A stretch of DNA of 64,000 nucleotides from Escherichia coli. Its GTDB lineage: Bacteria; Pseudomonadota; Gammaproteobacteria; Enterobacterales; Enterobacteriaceae. The notes under the pieces were generated by a model. It saw only the letters and a list, made by a program, of their open reading frames with translations. It ran no database searches and was not told the DNA's origin. The stretch's first letter is position 1, and the number at the start of each line of letters is the position of its first letter. Shown here piece by piece: positions 1 to 9,037 of the stretch. Location of the stretch: the NCBI RefSeq assembly GCF_041248615.1, contig NZ_CP158426.1; one strand, written 5' to 3'. The translations under genes were made by a program, and so were the position numbers.

Positions 1-313
1 GCATGGCTATGGATTGATAAATGATATCAAAACGTATCAGCTAGTTTCCACGGTTAGAGAAGATGGCTATTATACTTCAGAAACGGAACAACAGCGTTCC
101 GTTTCTGACGGACTGATTCTTCCGTAAATTCAGGTGTAAATCGTGGTGTGCCCATACGCTCCTCCTATGCTCAAACTATAGGGCAGGATCGTCTACCGGG
201 GTGGGGTCAGTCCACCAATGACTGAGAGGTGTCTGTTAAACCCGTGGCGATTCAGACATTACTCTTCCTATGTACACTGGAGTAGATTGAATAATCATAT
301 AATAATCAATCGG

Positions 314-342
314 TTGAAATCATTTAGGGCTTTTGTATTAAT
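314..342 (+). promoter_or_regulatory. candidate sigma70 promoter of the four-gene operon
   Basis: TTGAAA at 314-319, a 17-nt spacer, then TG-n-ATTAAT (extended -10) at 334-342. It lies about 50 nt upstream of the ATG at 390. Pattern match only. Confidence 0.4.
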
Positions 343-389
343 AGTATTGAGATGGTTTGGTCATGGTTCCAGTTCATAAGGAAATAGTT

Positions 390-1442
390 ATGGGAATTAG
401 TGTTCGAGTCTTGCAAGCAAATCATGGTGATTGTTTCTTAGTTAGTTATAAGAGCTCAGATAGTGTTTACAACTTGCTAATTGATGGTGGTAATAGCGCC
501 ACATTTATGTTTGGGGCTCAAGGGCGCTACAGTGGTGAGCTTAAATGTGTACTCGATGATTTGAAAAAAGAAGGTCAGAAAATTGACTTGGTTATCTTAA
601 CCCATATAGATGATGATCATATCGGTGGTTTGCTTAGGGCTTTTGAAACACCAGGTTATCTATGCCAAATGGCTTCTTCTATCTGGTTTAATTCTTCAAG
701 ATTTATCACCAAACATTTTAAGGTTGATGAAATTTCAGACAATGATGTCTGTCTTCAAAGTAACTCAACGCAGACAAGTGCTAGGCAAGGGAAGAAACTG
801 GAAAACTTACTTGATGAAATCAATTGCGAACGGCAACCCATAGTTATTGCGGGGCAGAAGTTTACAAGGGGTCCGTTCACATTCACGATCTTATCCCCTG
901 AAGAAGATAATCTACGTAGCCTTCTTCATAAGTGGCCAGATGAGCCAGATCCGGTTACGACATCCGGTGCTTCAAGGGATTATGGAATGAAATTTGAGGA
1001 TATTTTGTCTAATGATAAATTCCAGAGTGATCAATCTGTTTATAATGGTAGCTCAATTGCTTTCATCCTTGAAGCTGATGGTAAGGCTATGCTCTTTTTG
1101 GGCGATTCACATGATGAAAATATTGTCCGTAATTTACGATCTCTTGGTTTTAATGAAGGTAACAAGCTCAAACTCGACCTCGTGAAAATTTCTCATCATG
1201 GTAGCCAGTATAATACTAGCCCTGAATTTTTGTCGCTCATAGATGCGCAAAACTTCATTATATCCACTAATGGGAGTAAGCACGGACTTCCTGATAAGAG
1301 AACTATTGCACGGATTTTATCTTCAGGAGAAGGCAAAATCGGCTTCAATTATTCGCACATTATCCAGGAGATGCTTCACGAAAATGAGGTTCCATTGTAC
1401 TCTTCTCGCCTGGTAGCATTAAATGGAGAAATTAGGCTATAA
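390..1442 (+). CDS. metallo-beta-lactamase fold hydrolase, ComEC/Rec2-type (putative nuclease effector)
   Basis: Motifs seen: N-terminal HGDCFLV, LTHIDDDHIGG (an HxDxDH variant of HxHxDH), KISHHGSQYNTS, and STNGSKHGLP. These are typical of the ComEC MBL domain. AAGGA lies 7 nt upstream of the ATG at 390; the tracked ORF starts at TTG 357. Confidence 0.8.
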   Translation: MGISVRVLQANHGDCFLVSYKSSDSVYNLLIDGGNSATFMFGAQGRYSGELKCVLDDLKKEGQKIDLVILTHIDDDHIGGLLRAFETPGYLCQMASSIWFNSSRFITKHFKVDEISDNDVCLQSNSTQTSARQGKKLENLLDEINCERQPIVIAGQKFTRGPFTFTILSPEEDNLRSLLHKWPDEPDPVTTSGASRDYGMKFEDILSNDKFQSDQSVYNGSSIAFILEADGKAMLFLGDSHDENIVRNLRSLGFNEGNKLKLDLVKISHHGSQYNTSPEFLSLIDAQNFIISTNGSKHGLPDKRTIARILSSGEGKIGFNYSHIIQEMLHENEVPLYSSRLVALNGEIRL

Positions 1443-1443
1443 A

Positions 1444-2727
1444 ATGACCGCTTCAAATTTGATGGCTTCTAACGCAGTGATCGTGAACGAGGGCAGTGGT
1501 GTTCTTGTTAATGCGATGACTCAAGATTATTCATACGTACTCACAGCAAAACATGTGTTAGCGAAATCAGGTAGTCAAAATATCGTTACTAATCAATATG
1601 GTAACAGTCTTAGAGTGCTTGATGTATTGGTGGGTCAGGAAGAGCATTGCGACTGTGCTGTAATCAAAATTGAATATGTACCAACTGTTGCTCAGCAGTC
1701 CTTCCCTGCAATAGCATTACCCAATTCGGCTTTGCTAAAGTTTGTTGGTTTTCCGGGAACCGAGAGACTAAGCGCTACCCCGCTGAAAATCTATGATGGG
1801 CATGTAACAGATGTAAGGGAGGGGCTGATTAGCTTCACGATAGAAGGCAGTCCCTCAAAAACCGCAATCGATGGAATGTCTGGCGGTGGAATGTATTACA
1901 TAGTTAATGAACATCCCCTCCTTGTTGGTGTAGAATTTGGGATGGACAGTATTCGTCAAGATCTACAATATGGACGTATACAATGTAAAAGTTTAATTGT
2001 TTTTGAAGAGATAATTAATTTAAACAGTGCTGCTCCAATGGTTCCCGCTTATTTGGAGTGTTTTTCACGCTTAAAAGAATATATCTTCGATTTTAATGTT
2101 GTTGATAAAAATAGAGTTCTGAATCTGAAAAACGCATTAAATATTTTTGCAGATGAACTTATAGACAAAGGTATGCCACCACCATTTGAATTAATGTCCA
2201 AATACAAAACTGATTTGTTAGTAGGTCCATATCAAGTTGACGATGTTAAAAATAAAGAATTATGGGTTGCATATTTTGAATTTCTGATAATTTGCGCAAT
2301 TCTTGATAATGTAAGTATTGCCAATAGTTCTTATATAGAAAGTTTAGAGCGGCGTAGGAGAATTCTTTATACTCCGGATGGAAGTAATTGGGTCGGAAAG
2401 CTTGATGTAATCTTAAAAGTTGCTCGAAAGTTATTAGATAAAGATGGCATAGTAATTGTGGCATCTCCAGAAAATGGAGCCGAATTATTACCGGATGATT
2501 TTGAAGTCGATAGGGTTATAAGGAATATTGCGCGAATCGCTAATTCAGGTCCACTTGCTCCTATCGATCAAGTTGAAAAAGAGATGTATAAGAGTTTTGT
2601 ATTAACGCATCTTGAAGGGCTGAGAAAAAAATGTGTTATAAACAAAGAGAGAATGTATGCAGAAGTTGAAGCTGGCTTAGACCAACTTCAGACGTTTAAG
2701 GAAAGCTTTAATGAATTTATTAAATAA
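1444..2727 (+). CDS. trypsin-like (S1/Trypsin_2-type) serine peptidase with a ~230-aa non-catalytic C-terminal domain
   Basis: Catalytic triad context: TAKHV (His), CDCAVIKI (Asp), DGMSGGG (Ser). The start is ambiguous (ATG 1423 or ATG 1444). The gene abuts or overlaps the upstream stop and overlaps the next gene by 17 nt. Confidence 0.75.
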   Translation: MTASNLMASNAVIVNEGSGVLVNAMTQDYSYVLTAKHVLAKSGSQNIVTNQYGNSLRVLDVLVGQEEHCDCAVIKIEYVPTVAQQSFPAIALPNSALLKFVGFPGTERLSATPLKIYDGHVTDVREGLISFTIEGSPSKTAIDGMSGGGMYYIVNEHPLLVGVEFGMDSIRQDLQYGRIQCKSLIVFEEIINLNSAAPMVPAYLECFSRLKEYIFDFNVVDKNRVLNLKNALNIFADELIDKGMPPPFELMSKYKTDLLVGPYQVDDVKNKELWVAYFEFLIICAILDNVSIANSSYIESLERRRRILYTPDGSNWVGKLDVILKVARKLLDKDGIVIVASPENGAELLPDDFEVDRVIRNIARIANSGPLAPIDQVEKEMYKSFVLTHLEGLRKKCVINKERMYAEVEAGLDQLQTFKESFNEFIK

Positions 2728-3262
2728 AGAATTTGATTTGGAATTTCTTAAATCTAGATTTTCTGATGCAGATTTCTATTTTTTTGTTTCTAATGATGAC
2801 TCATCTTATATTTCATGCGTAGCATGCTATTGTGAGAGCGCTAATTACGTGGTTGCGAATTGGACAGCGATTCAGAATTATTTATCTGCTTACTACCAAC
2901 CGAAGGATGAATTAGCTCTTTGGAATATATATTTAGTTTTCTTTTGTTCCGAAAAATTACCGATTTGGGATAAGTACCTTATAGATAATGATAAGTATTC
3001 TGTCAGAAAATTAATTATTGACGGGTTAACTACTCTGCCAAGTATTTCCGAAACTGTAACTTTTCTGAACAATCATCTGCTAGGCGCAGACCTAGAATTA
3101 ACTGAAATAGAGGAGAAGAAGGAGATAGAGTTATCATTAATTGAGTATATAAGTGGAACTCCTTTAGATTCAAAGGTTGAGTCGAGAGATGAGCGTATGA
3201 GCAGAATTGATAAAATTATTAATCTAGTGAGTTCAAATAAAAATGAAAATAAAAAAAGTTGA
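2711..3262 (+). CDS. small hypothetical protein, possibly the middle or adaptor component of the ATPase system
   Basis: 183-aa ORF overlapping both neighbours (17 nt and 20 nt), with an acidic, coiled C-terminus. No motif recognised by eye. Confidence 0.6.
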   Translation: MNLLNKEFDLEFLKSRFSDADFYFFVSNDDSSYISCVACYCESANYVVANWTAIQNYLSAYYQPKDELALWNIYLVFFCSEKLPIWDKYLIDNDKYSVRKLIIDGLTTLPSISETVTFLNNHLLGADLELTEIEEKKEIELSLIEYISGTPLDSKVESRDERMSRIDKIINLVSSNKNENKKS

Positions 3263-6200
3263 AATAGAAGGCTTTCGAGCATACAGATTCAAGGAAGATG
3301 GTACTTTCGATTTTACAAATAAAGATGATACGCCATCCAATTTTGTAGCGATCTATGCACCCAATGGCTTTGGAAAAAGTTCATTCTATGATGCGGTTGA
3401 ATGGGCTATTACTCATAATTTAGATAGATTTGCGGGTGAATATAATAAAAAAAATTATGAGCAAGCTGCCAGGAGCACGAAAGAGGACGGTGTTGCACAA
3501 AAAATACTACGTAATAAAGATGTACCAGACAATATTCCTACTCGTGTAACAGTTTTCACTACTTTACCAACTCCATTCGAACAAAGTTTAGGAACAGTTC
3601 GTTCTGATTCTAGAGATATAAGAATCGGCGAGAATAAAAATAAAATCAATGGCTATTTTAGAAAAGTGGTTCTTAGTCAAGATGAAATAGACCGTTTTTT
3701 AAAAGAAGCAAAGCCGCAAGATCGTTATAAGATGTTTATGGAGAGTTTTGGAGGTGAATGGGAAAAGGCGAGACAAGAGCTAACTATACTATTGAATGAC
3801 AATAAGGCGGTTTTGTTAAATCTCGAAAAAAACAAAAATGAACTTCAGGAACAACTAGATCAGCCTGTTGATGCGTCAACATTCATACAATTTAATAAAA
3901 TAGCATCTGAACTTGTAGCAGAAGGTGAAAGTTTACCATTAGTAGATGAAACAACTATAGTTAATACACAGCATGAGCTTTTGGAAAAAATAATCACAAG
4001 AAGTCACGAAATAAATTTTTCCTTAAACAAGAAAAAAATATTGAGAGATTCGATTTCTGAGTATATTTTAAAATTTCCTGATATCAGTTTTCGTACAACC
4101 CAGATTATCGAGAAAAAGAATAGACTAGAAAAAATAAATAAAGGGATAGAAGATGTCGGTCGTTATAAGACATTTCAGTCTACTCTTGAAAAACTGACTA
4201 TCGAAAAGAAAAAGATAAGTCAGAGCTTAAATTTTATAGAAGAATTAGATGGTTTATCCCAAGAGTTTTTAAGCTTGGAATTTAACTTGGAATCAGCTCG
4301 AAAGAAACATAGAGAGATTTCATATAATTATGAAAATGAAAAAACTCTCCTTGATAATTTATTCCAAACAAGAAACCAAAATGATGCTGATTTATCTTCA
4401 ATTGACAAGCGATGCTTATCTATACGTTCTACGTTAGAAAACGCTACGGTTACTTATTCTAATATATCTAATATACAAAATAAAATTTTAAATATAGTTT
4501 CTACGCAAACAGAATTAGAGCACAAACTTAATCAAGTTAGATCCGAATACCAAAAAAACAAATCCGAATTAAACAAAGTATCAGATTTAACAATAACCGC
4601 CAAATCATTACTTTCATCAGACTTAAGTCTAATTGATTTATCTTCAGATTTATTAAAAGAACTAAACAACTTATCGCAAGAACTAAATATATTGGTCCTA
4701 CATGATCAATCAATTCATAACACACAAGAATCTCTTTCTGCACAAATGGGAGTTCACGAACGTCTAATTGCATCGGGCCTTGAGTACTTAAGTTTATGGC
4801 CGACTAATATATGTCCTTTATGTCACAAGCCGCATGACTCTGAGTCCTCTCTTAGAGAACAAGTAACAAATACTGACGTAATATCCATGCTTAGTAAAGA
4901 GAATGCAGCTAAGCTCGAGATATCCTCAAAACGGCGGTCAGAGTTAAATGGCAAGATAGAATCCATCGTACAGAAAGCCCTTGAAATTAAAATGAGTAAA
5001 CTTGAGGTATTAAGTAAAAAGGTCAATCAACAAGGAAATGAGATACATCGAGAAGAACAGCACTATACAGCTCTTTTAGCAGAAAAACAGTCTGTCCAAA
5101 ATCAGTTAAACGAGTTGCAGAAGGCTGTAGCTGGACTAACTAAAGATGAATTATTAGCTCGCTTAGATGCTGAACTTAAAGAATTAGAGGCCAAGAAAAA
5201 TGAAGTGATAAAAAACAAGCTGACCTTGACGAAAAATATTAACGTTAAAAGAACGTTGATTACAGAGTTAAGTGGGGCGATCAATTTACTTAATACGCAA
5301 ATTCATGAAATGATGTCATCATCTAACTATTTAAAAACAAAAGCTTACTCTGAAGAAAATGGCTTGTCATCGGAGTTTTTGAAAGAACATTATGATGATA
5401 AACGCCATTTTTACCTTAAAAATATAAATGGACTCAATTTTGAGATTAATAATATTACCAGCCAATTAAATGATCTTCAGAAAGCTATGATAGCCGATGA
5501 AATGTGGCTGGATTATGAAGAAATGATTTCTGAAAAAGAGAATTTCGAGGATTATATTTCTAAATCAGAAGCGGTTTTACAATCTTATTCATCATTATTA
5601 AAGCAGCATTTTGAACTACCAAAATATGAATCTTTAGTTGAATTGAAAGATTTCCTGATAAGCTCACTTGATAAAGAAACTAGGCTTTATAATGGTCTAG
5701 AGGAACGGCTTGGAAAATATAATTTATTATCAGAACTTTTGAAAACAGCAGAGTCGTTTGTAAAAAGTATTAAGTTGCAGAATGATATTAATGAAACCTT
5801 AGGTCTTATAGAAATAAGAAAAGAAGTTGATTTAGCTCTGACTAAGGAACGAAATCAAGTAATAGAGGAACTTAGAAACTTGATAAAATCTTTCTTTTAT
5901 GAGGAACTCATTAATTCTATTTATAAGAGAATAGATCCACATCCATCACTTAAGAAAGTGGTGTTTCGCCCAGATTTTGACTCATCAGATAAACCTGGTC
6001 TTAATATAGTTGTCAGTGATGAAAAAGGTGATATGGTATCTCCAATATTATTCTTTAGTGCAGCGCAATTAAATATTCTAAGCCTTAGTGTCTTTTTAGC
6101 AAGTGCTTTGCATGCAAAAGATGATAATGGAAATGTAATTGATGTGATTATGATTGATGATCCAATTCAATCAATGGATTCAATTAATATCCTATCCACA

Positions 6201-6380
6201 ATTGATCTTCTTAGAAGTATTACCGTTAGATTCAACAAACAAATAATAATATCAACACATGACGACAATTTCTTTGGCTTGCTCCAACGTAAAATCCCTT
6301 CGGAAATATTGGGTGCCAAGTTTCTTAAATTGGAGAAATTTGGGGTTGTAGTGCCTGTTGATGATTTAAATAATACATGA
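3243..6380 (+). CDS. Rad50/SbcC/SMC-like ABC ATPase with a long coiled-coil insert and a central CxxC hook-like motif
   Basis: N-terminal beta-strand plus Walker A (IEGFRAY...YAPNGFGKSSFYDAVEWA). Q-loop-like LSQDE. About 700 aa of E/K/L/N-rich coiled coil. CPLC at residues 524-527 of 1045. C-terminal signature-like FFSAAQLNILSLS, Walker B VIMIDDP, D-loop SMD, H-loop ISTHD. Confidence 0.85.
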   Translation: MKIKKVEIEGFRAYRFKEDGTFDFTNKDDTPSNFVAIYAPNGFGKSSFYDAVEWAITHNLDRFAGEYNKKNYEQAARSTKEDGVAQKILRNKDVPDNIPTRVTVFTTLPTPFEQSLGTVRSDSRDIRIGENKNKINGYFRKVVLSQDEIDRFLKEAKPQDRYKMFMESFGGEWEKARQELTILLNDNKAVLLNLEKNKNELQEQLDQPVDASTFIQFNKIASELVAEGESLPLVDETTIVNTQHELLEKIITRSHEINFSLNKKKILRDSISEYILKFPDISFRTTQIIEKKNRLEKINKGIEDVGRYKTFQSTLEKLTIEKKKISQSLNFIEELDGLSQEFLSLEFNLESARKKHREISYNYENEKTLLDNLFQTRNQNDADLSSIDKRCLSIRSTLENATVTYSNISNIQNKILNIVSTQTELEHKLNQVRSEYQKNKSELNKVSDLTITAKSLLSSDLSLIDLSSDLLKELNNLSQELNILVLHDQSIHNTQESLSAQMGVHERLIASGLEYLSLWPTNICPLCHKPHDSESSLREQVTNTDVISMLSKENAAKLEISSKRRSELNGKIESIVQKALEIKMSKLEVLSKKVNQQGNEIHREEQHYTALLAEKQSVQNQLNELQKAVAGLTKDELLARLDAELKELEAKKNEVIKNKLTLTKNINVKRTLITELSGAINLLNTQIHEMMSSSNYLKTKAYSEENGLSSEFLKEHYDDKRHFYLKNINGLNFEINNITSQLNDLQKAMIADEMWLDYEEMISEKENFEDYISKSEAVLQSYSSLLKQHFELPKYESLVELKDFLISSLDKETRLYNGLEERLGKYNLLSELLKTAESFVKSIKLQNDINETLGLIEIRKEVDLALTKERNQVIEELRNLIKSFFYEELINSIYKRIDPHPSLKKVVFRPDFDSSDKPGLNIVVSDEKGDMVSPILFFSAAQLNILSLSVFLASALHAKDDNGNVIDVIMIDDPIQSMDSINILSTIDLLRSITVRFNKQIIISTHDDNFFGLLQRKIPSEILGAKFLKLEKFGVVVPVDDLNNT

Positions 6381-6404
6381 TTTATTTAGTGTGTTAACCA
6401 TAAA

Positions 6405-6440
6405 ATAAGAACTGGGCCAGTGACGACCCAGTTCTTATTT
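6405..6440 (+). terminator. hairpin terminator after the ATPase gene
   Basis: Perfect 12-bp stem ATAAGAACTGGG/CCCAGTTCTTAT (6405-6416 and 6427-6438) with a 10-nt loop. It lies 25 nt after the stop codon, and the T-tract is weak. Confidence 0.55.
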
Positions 6441-6544
6441 ATAGGGGAACCTATTTTTATCGCAATAAATTAAGAGCGAAGATATGGTGAAAATTGTTAA
6501 AATATGAATTTTTTTAATTTTTTATCTAAAGCCCCTGTTTTCAT

Positions 6545-6840
6545 TATCGTATAAATCAATCTGGACGATTTGTTCTTCAGGTGCAAGGGTATCCGCAAAC
6601 TAGCGCAGGCTATCACCGCCTATAAGCTCCAGAATATGATCAAGTCCATGCCCTCCTGACAACCCAATCGCCTGTAATGACCATTCAGGAATGATTTGCT
6701 CTTTTGATGACTCAACCACAAATGTATCGAGCTCAGTCTTTGCTTAGAGCAGAATTTGAGCCCAAGACTTCCACTCGTATCATCGTAGGTCAGCGTTTCT
6801 CAGAAAATAACCCATGTAACCACGGCATCCGTCTCCGAAT
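6545..6840 (-). pseudogene. degraded gene remnant of unknown family
   Basis: My minus-strand translation gives protein-like stretches (KTELDTFVVESSKEQIIPEWSLQAIGLSGGHGLDHILELIGGDSL..LAPEEQIVQIDLYDNEN) broken by in-frame stops. No intact ORF is present. Confidence 0.3.
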
Positions 6841-6995
6841 GTTATCCTAGAAACAATATTGAGGGGGGAATGTAGAATCATAACCTCTGAATTAACGTAG
6901 ATTAAATCATTCGATCTAAATCAGAGCATTCATAGTGATGGTACACTCAGCACCAGACAAAGATCTCTAGGGGTTTGTTCTAATAAACATGGCCC

Positions 6996-7256
6996 TCATT
7001 CCTTCTGGTGAAATTCGGAATCTGATTGCGTAGGATAATTACATCCAGGAATCGGGCTAGCATTACAGCCCCCTAAGGGTGTTGTTTGCAACGGTTCATG
7101 TTTGTCTGAGTAACTATATTCCTGAATGTGTTGCTCCGAATTTACGGATTGCCTTGCAGAAAAGGGCTGTTCTGGCGTTGTGCTTTGAAAGGCGTACACC
7201 TGAGGAGCACAGAGCCACAGGAAGGGCAGTAGGGTGCAGCGGGCGAGTACATTCAT
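6996..7256 (-). CDS. small secreted hypothetical protein
   Basis: 86-aa ORF with GGAGA 6 nt upstream of the ATG. Signal-peptide-like N-terminus ending VYA-FQ. Confidence 0.5.
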   Translation of the reverse strand: MNVLARCTLLPFLWLCAPQVYAFQSTTPEQPFSARQSVNSEQHIQEYSYSDKHEPLQTTPLGGCNASPIPGCNYPTQSDSEFHQKE

Positions 7257-7696
7257 ATATTCTCCAGACAGAATTCATACCAATTATATGATATGCCAGA
7301 TTGACTCAATAAAGCGTTAACGAAGAACGAAAATATAAGACCAGGTATAGAACTCGACATGCCGATAGTCGCCGGGAAATATCGTGGCCAGATTTTTTGT
7401 TAATGCTCATAGTCAGGCAACAAGGGTCGCTGCAGTAATGACTTCTGAACCTTATAACAAATTTCGGCACGACACTTTTATCATCTTTTTCATAATAAAA
7501 CCTCCGTTTTTGTTTTAATCGTCCTCCGGATGTTTCGGACATTGGATGCCCGTAACATCCGGAGGCTGCGGGTGCGGGCGGCAAAGAGCCCGTGAAGATG
7601 CCCGGAATGAATGGCAAACCCCCTCAGGAATGAAGAAAATACGCAATCAATGCTGGGGTGCTTTGTTGATCACTTTTACTGAAGTACTTTTCTATC

Positions 7697-8416
7697 TCAG
7701 AAGTAGGTTGTCCAGAAAGAGGAAACTGGCATCGCCAGTACCAATGCAGGAAGCATACTGGCTACCGGGAAGACCTTGATACCGGAAATACGCAGGCCGG
7801 TCGCCACCATTAGAACGCCACCCACAGCTGAAAAGTCGGCCTGCATGGCAGGCGTGGTCAGGGGCAATATATATATCGCGCTGTAGGCGAGTGCTAACTG
7901 AATGATAAGCTGGGGGAAAGCGACTAATGCCACGGCGTAACCCAGGGTTGTGGCAAAAATGAGGGCGGTCAGCAAATCCAGGAACGCTTTCGCGATAAGG
8001 ATACTCGAGTCCCCGGTCATGCCTTCGTGCATCGCACCAAAAATACCGGTGCCACTGGCACAAAAAAGGACGATGATCGCCACATAGTTTTGTAAAAACT
8101 GCGCCTGTGAGTCTTTGTCTCCGGGATCGCTTTTCACGACGAGCTCCACCAACCCACGGGCTTGTCCGCCCAGGTGGCTTATCCCTTTTTCCAGATAGCA
8201 GAGCTCGCCCACCAGTGTGCCGAGAAGGACCGATAGAACCATGACGGGCATATGGCTGACACTTGTCACAAGGACGATCCCCATACACAGGGAGGCAGCA
8301 CCAAAAATGAGCGGCATTGAGGTACGTAACCTTTCAGGTAGACGTGAGCTAATGATGGCTCCTGCCATCCCGCCGATCACGACGGCAGAGCCGTTGAACC
8401 ATGGGCCTGTAATCAT
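7697..8416 (-). CDS. DUF554 (YqgA-like) inner-membrane protein
   Basis: 239-aa polytopic hydrophobic protein with an N-terminus like YqgA-family proteins (GxxxNxxAVxxGGxxG). Its start overlaps the stop of the UbiX-like gene (ATGA), so the two are co-operonic. Confidence 0.75.
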   Translation of the reverse strand: MITGPWFNGSAVVIGGMAGAIISSRLPERLRTSMPLIFGAASLCMGIVLVTSVSHMPVMVLSVLLGTLVGELCYLEKGISHLGGQARGLVELVVKSDPGDKDSQAQFLQNYVAIIVLFCASGTGIFGAMHEGMTGDSSILIAKAFLDLLTALIFATTLGYAVALVAFPQLIIQLALAYSAIYILPLTTPAMQADFSAVGGVLMVATGLRISGIKVFPVASMLPALVLAMPVSSFWTTYF

Positions 8417-9027
8417 AGCGATTTACTCCTGTTATTCAGGTTGGGAGTTTCACCCCAGCGCGGCAATGTGTCGCAATCAAGGTCGAGTAAACTCAGCGCC
8501 CGCGCAACACTATGAGCGAAGATGTTCTCAGTACTTGCAGGGCGTGCATACCAGGCAGGTACGGGTGGAAAAATGATGCCGCCGGTTTCGGTAACCTGAA
8601 GCATGTTACGAAGGTGCCCGGTATGCAGCGGCGTTTCCCGTACCATCAGAACCAGCCTCCGGCGCTCTTTCAGGGTCACATCGGCTGCCCGCACCAGCAA
8701 ACTGTTGGTTAAGCCCGCCGCAACAGCGGCGAGGGTGTTCATAGAGCAGGGGACAATCAACATCCCGGATGCCCTGAACGAACCGCTGGCGATGTCGGCT
8801 GCAATATCATCAAAGGGATAAATTACATCAGCCAGCTTATGAACGTCGTCTTCTGACAAAGTGGTTTCCAGACTGCGGGTCAGATGAGCGGCAGGAGAAA
8901 TCACAACGTGACTTTCCACGTTAAGTTGTCGCAGATAACGCAGGGCCTGCACTCCATATAAAAAACCGGATGCACCACTGATCCCAATGATGACGCGCTT
9001 GCGAGGAGAACATTCAGATGTCGACAT
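8413..9027 (-). CDS. UbiX-family flavin prenyltransferase
   Basis: 204 aa. Motifs GISGASG, VVISPAA, LIVPCSMNTLAAVAAG and LVLMVRETPLH are typical of UbiX/Pad1. Confidence 0.9.
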   Translation of the reverse strand: MSTSECSPRKRVIIGISGASGFLYGVQALRYLRQLNVESHVVISPAAHLTRSLETTLSEDDVHKLADVIYPFDDIAADIASGSFRASGMLIVPCSMNTLAAVAAGLTNSLLVRAADVTLKERRRLVLMVRETPLHTGHLRNMLQVTETGGIIFPPVPAWYARPASTENIFAHSVARALSLLDLDCDTLPRWGETPNLNNRSKSL

Positions 9028-9037
9028 TATGGCGTCC

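Noticed and set aside
79-106. 11-bp perfect hairpin AGAAACGGAAC/GTTCCGTTTCT near the window start
   Set aside because: It could terminate a gene lying upstream of the window. However, it has no T-run and the upstream gene is not visible, so I cannot interpret it.
7306-7617. 103-aa ORF, and a perfect 12-bp hairpin (CCTCCGGATGTT / AACATCCGGAGG, 7523-7565) downstream of the DUF554 gene
   Set aside because: The ORF has no RBS and an implausible composition. The hairpin is real but lacks a T-tract on either strand and matches nothing I can name (it could be a REP-like element, an attenuator or a processing site). The evidence is insufficient to call a feature.
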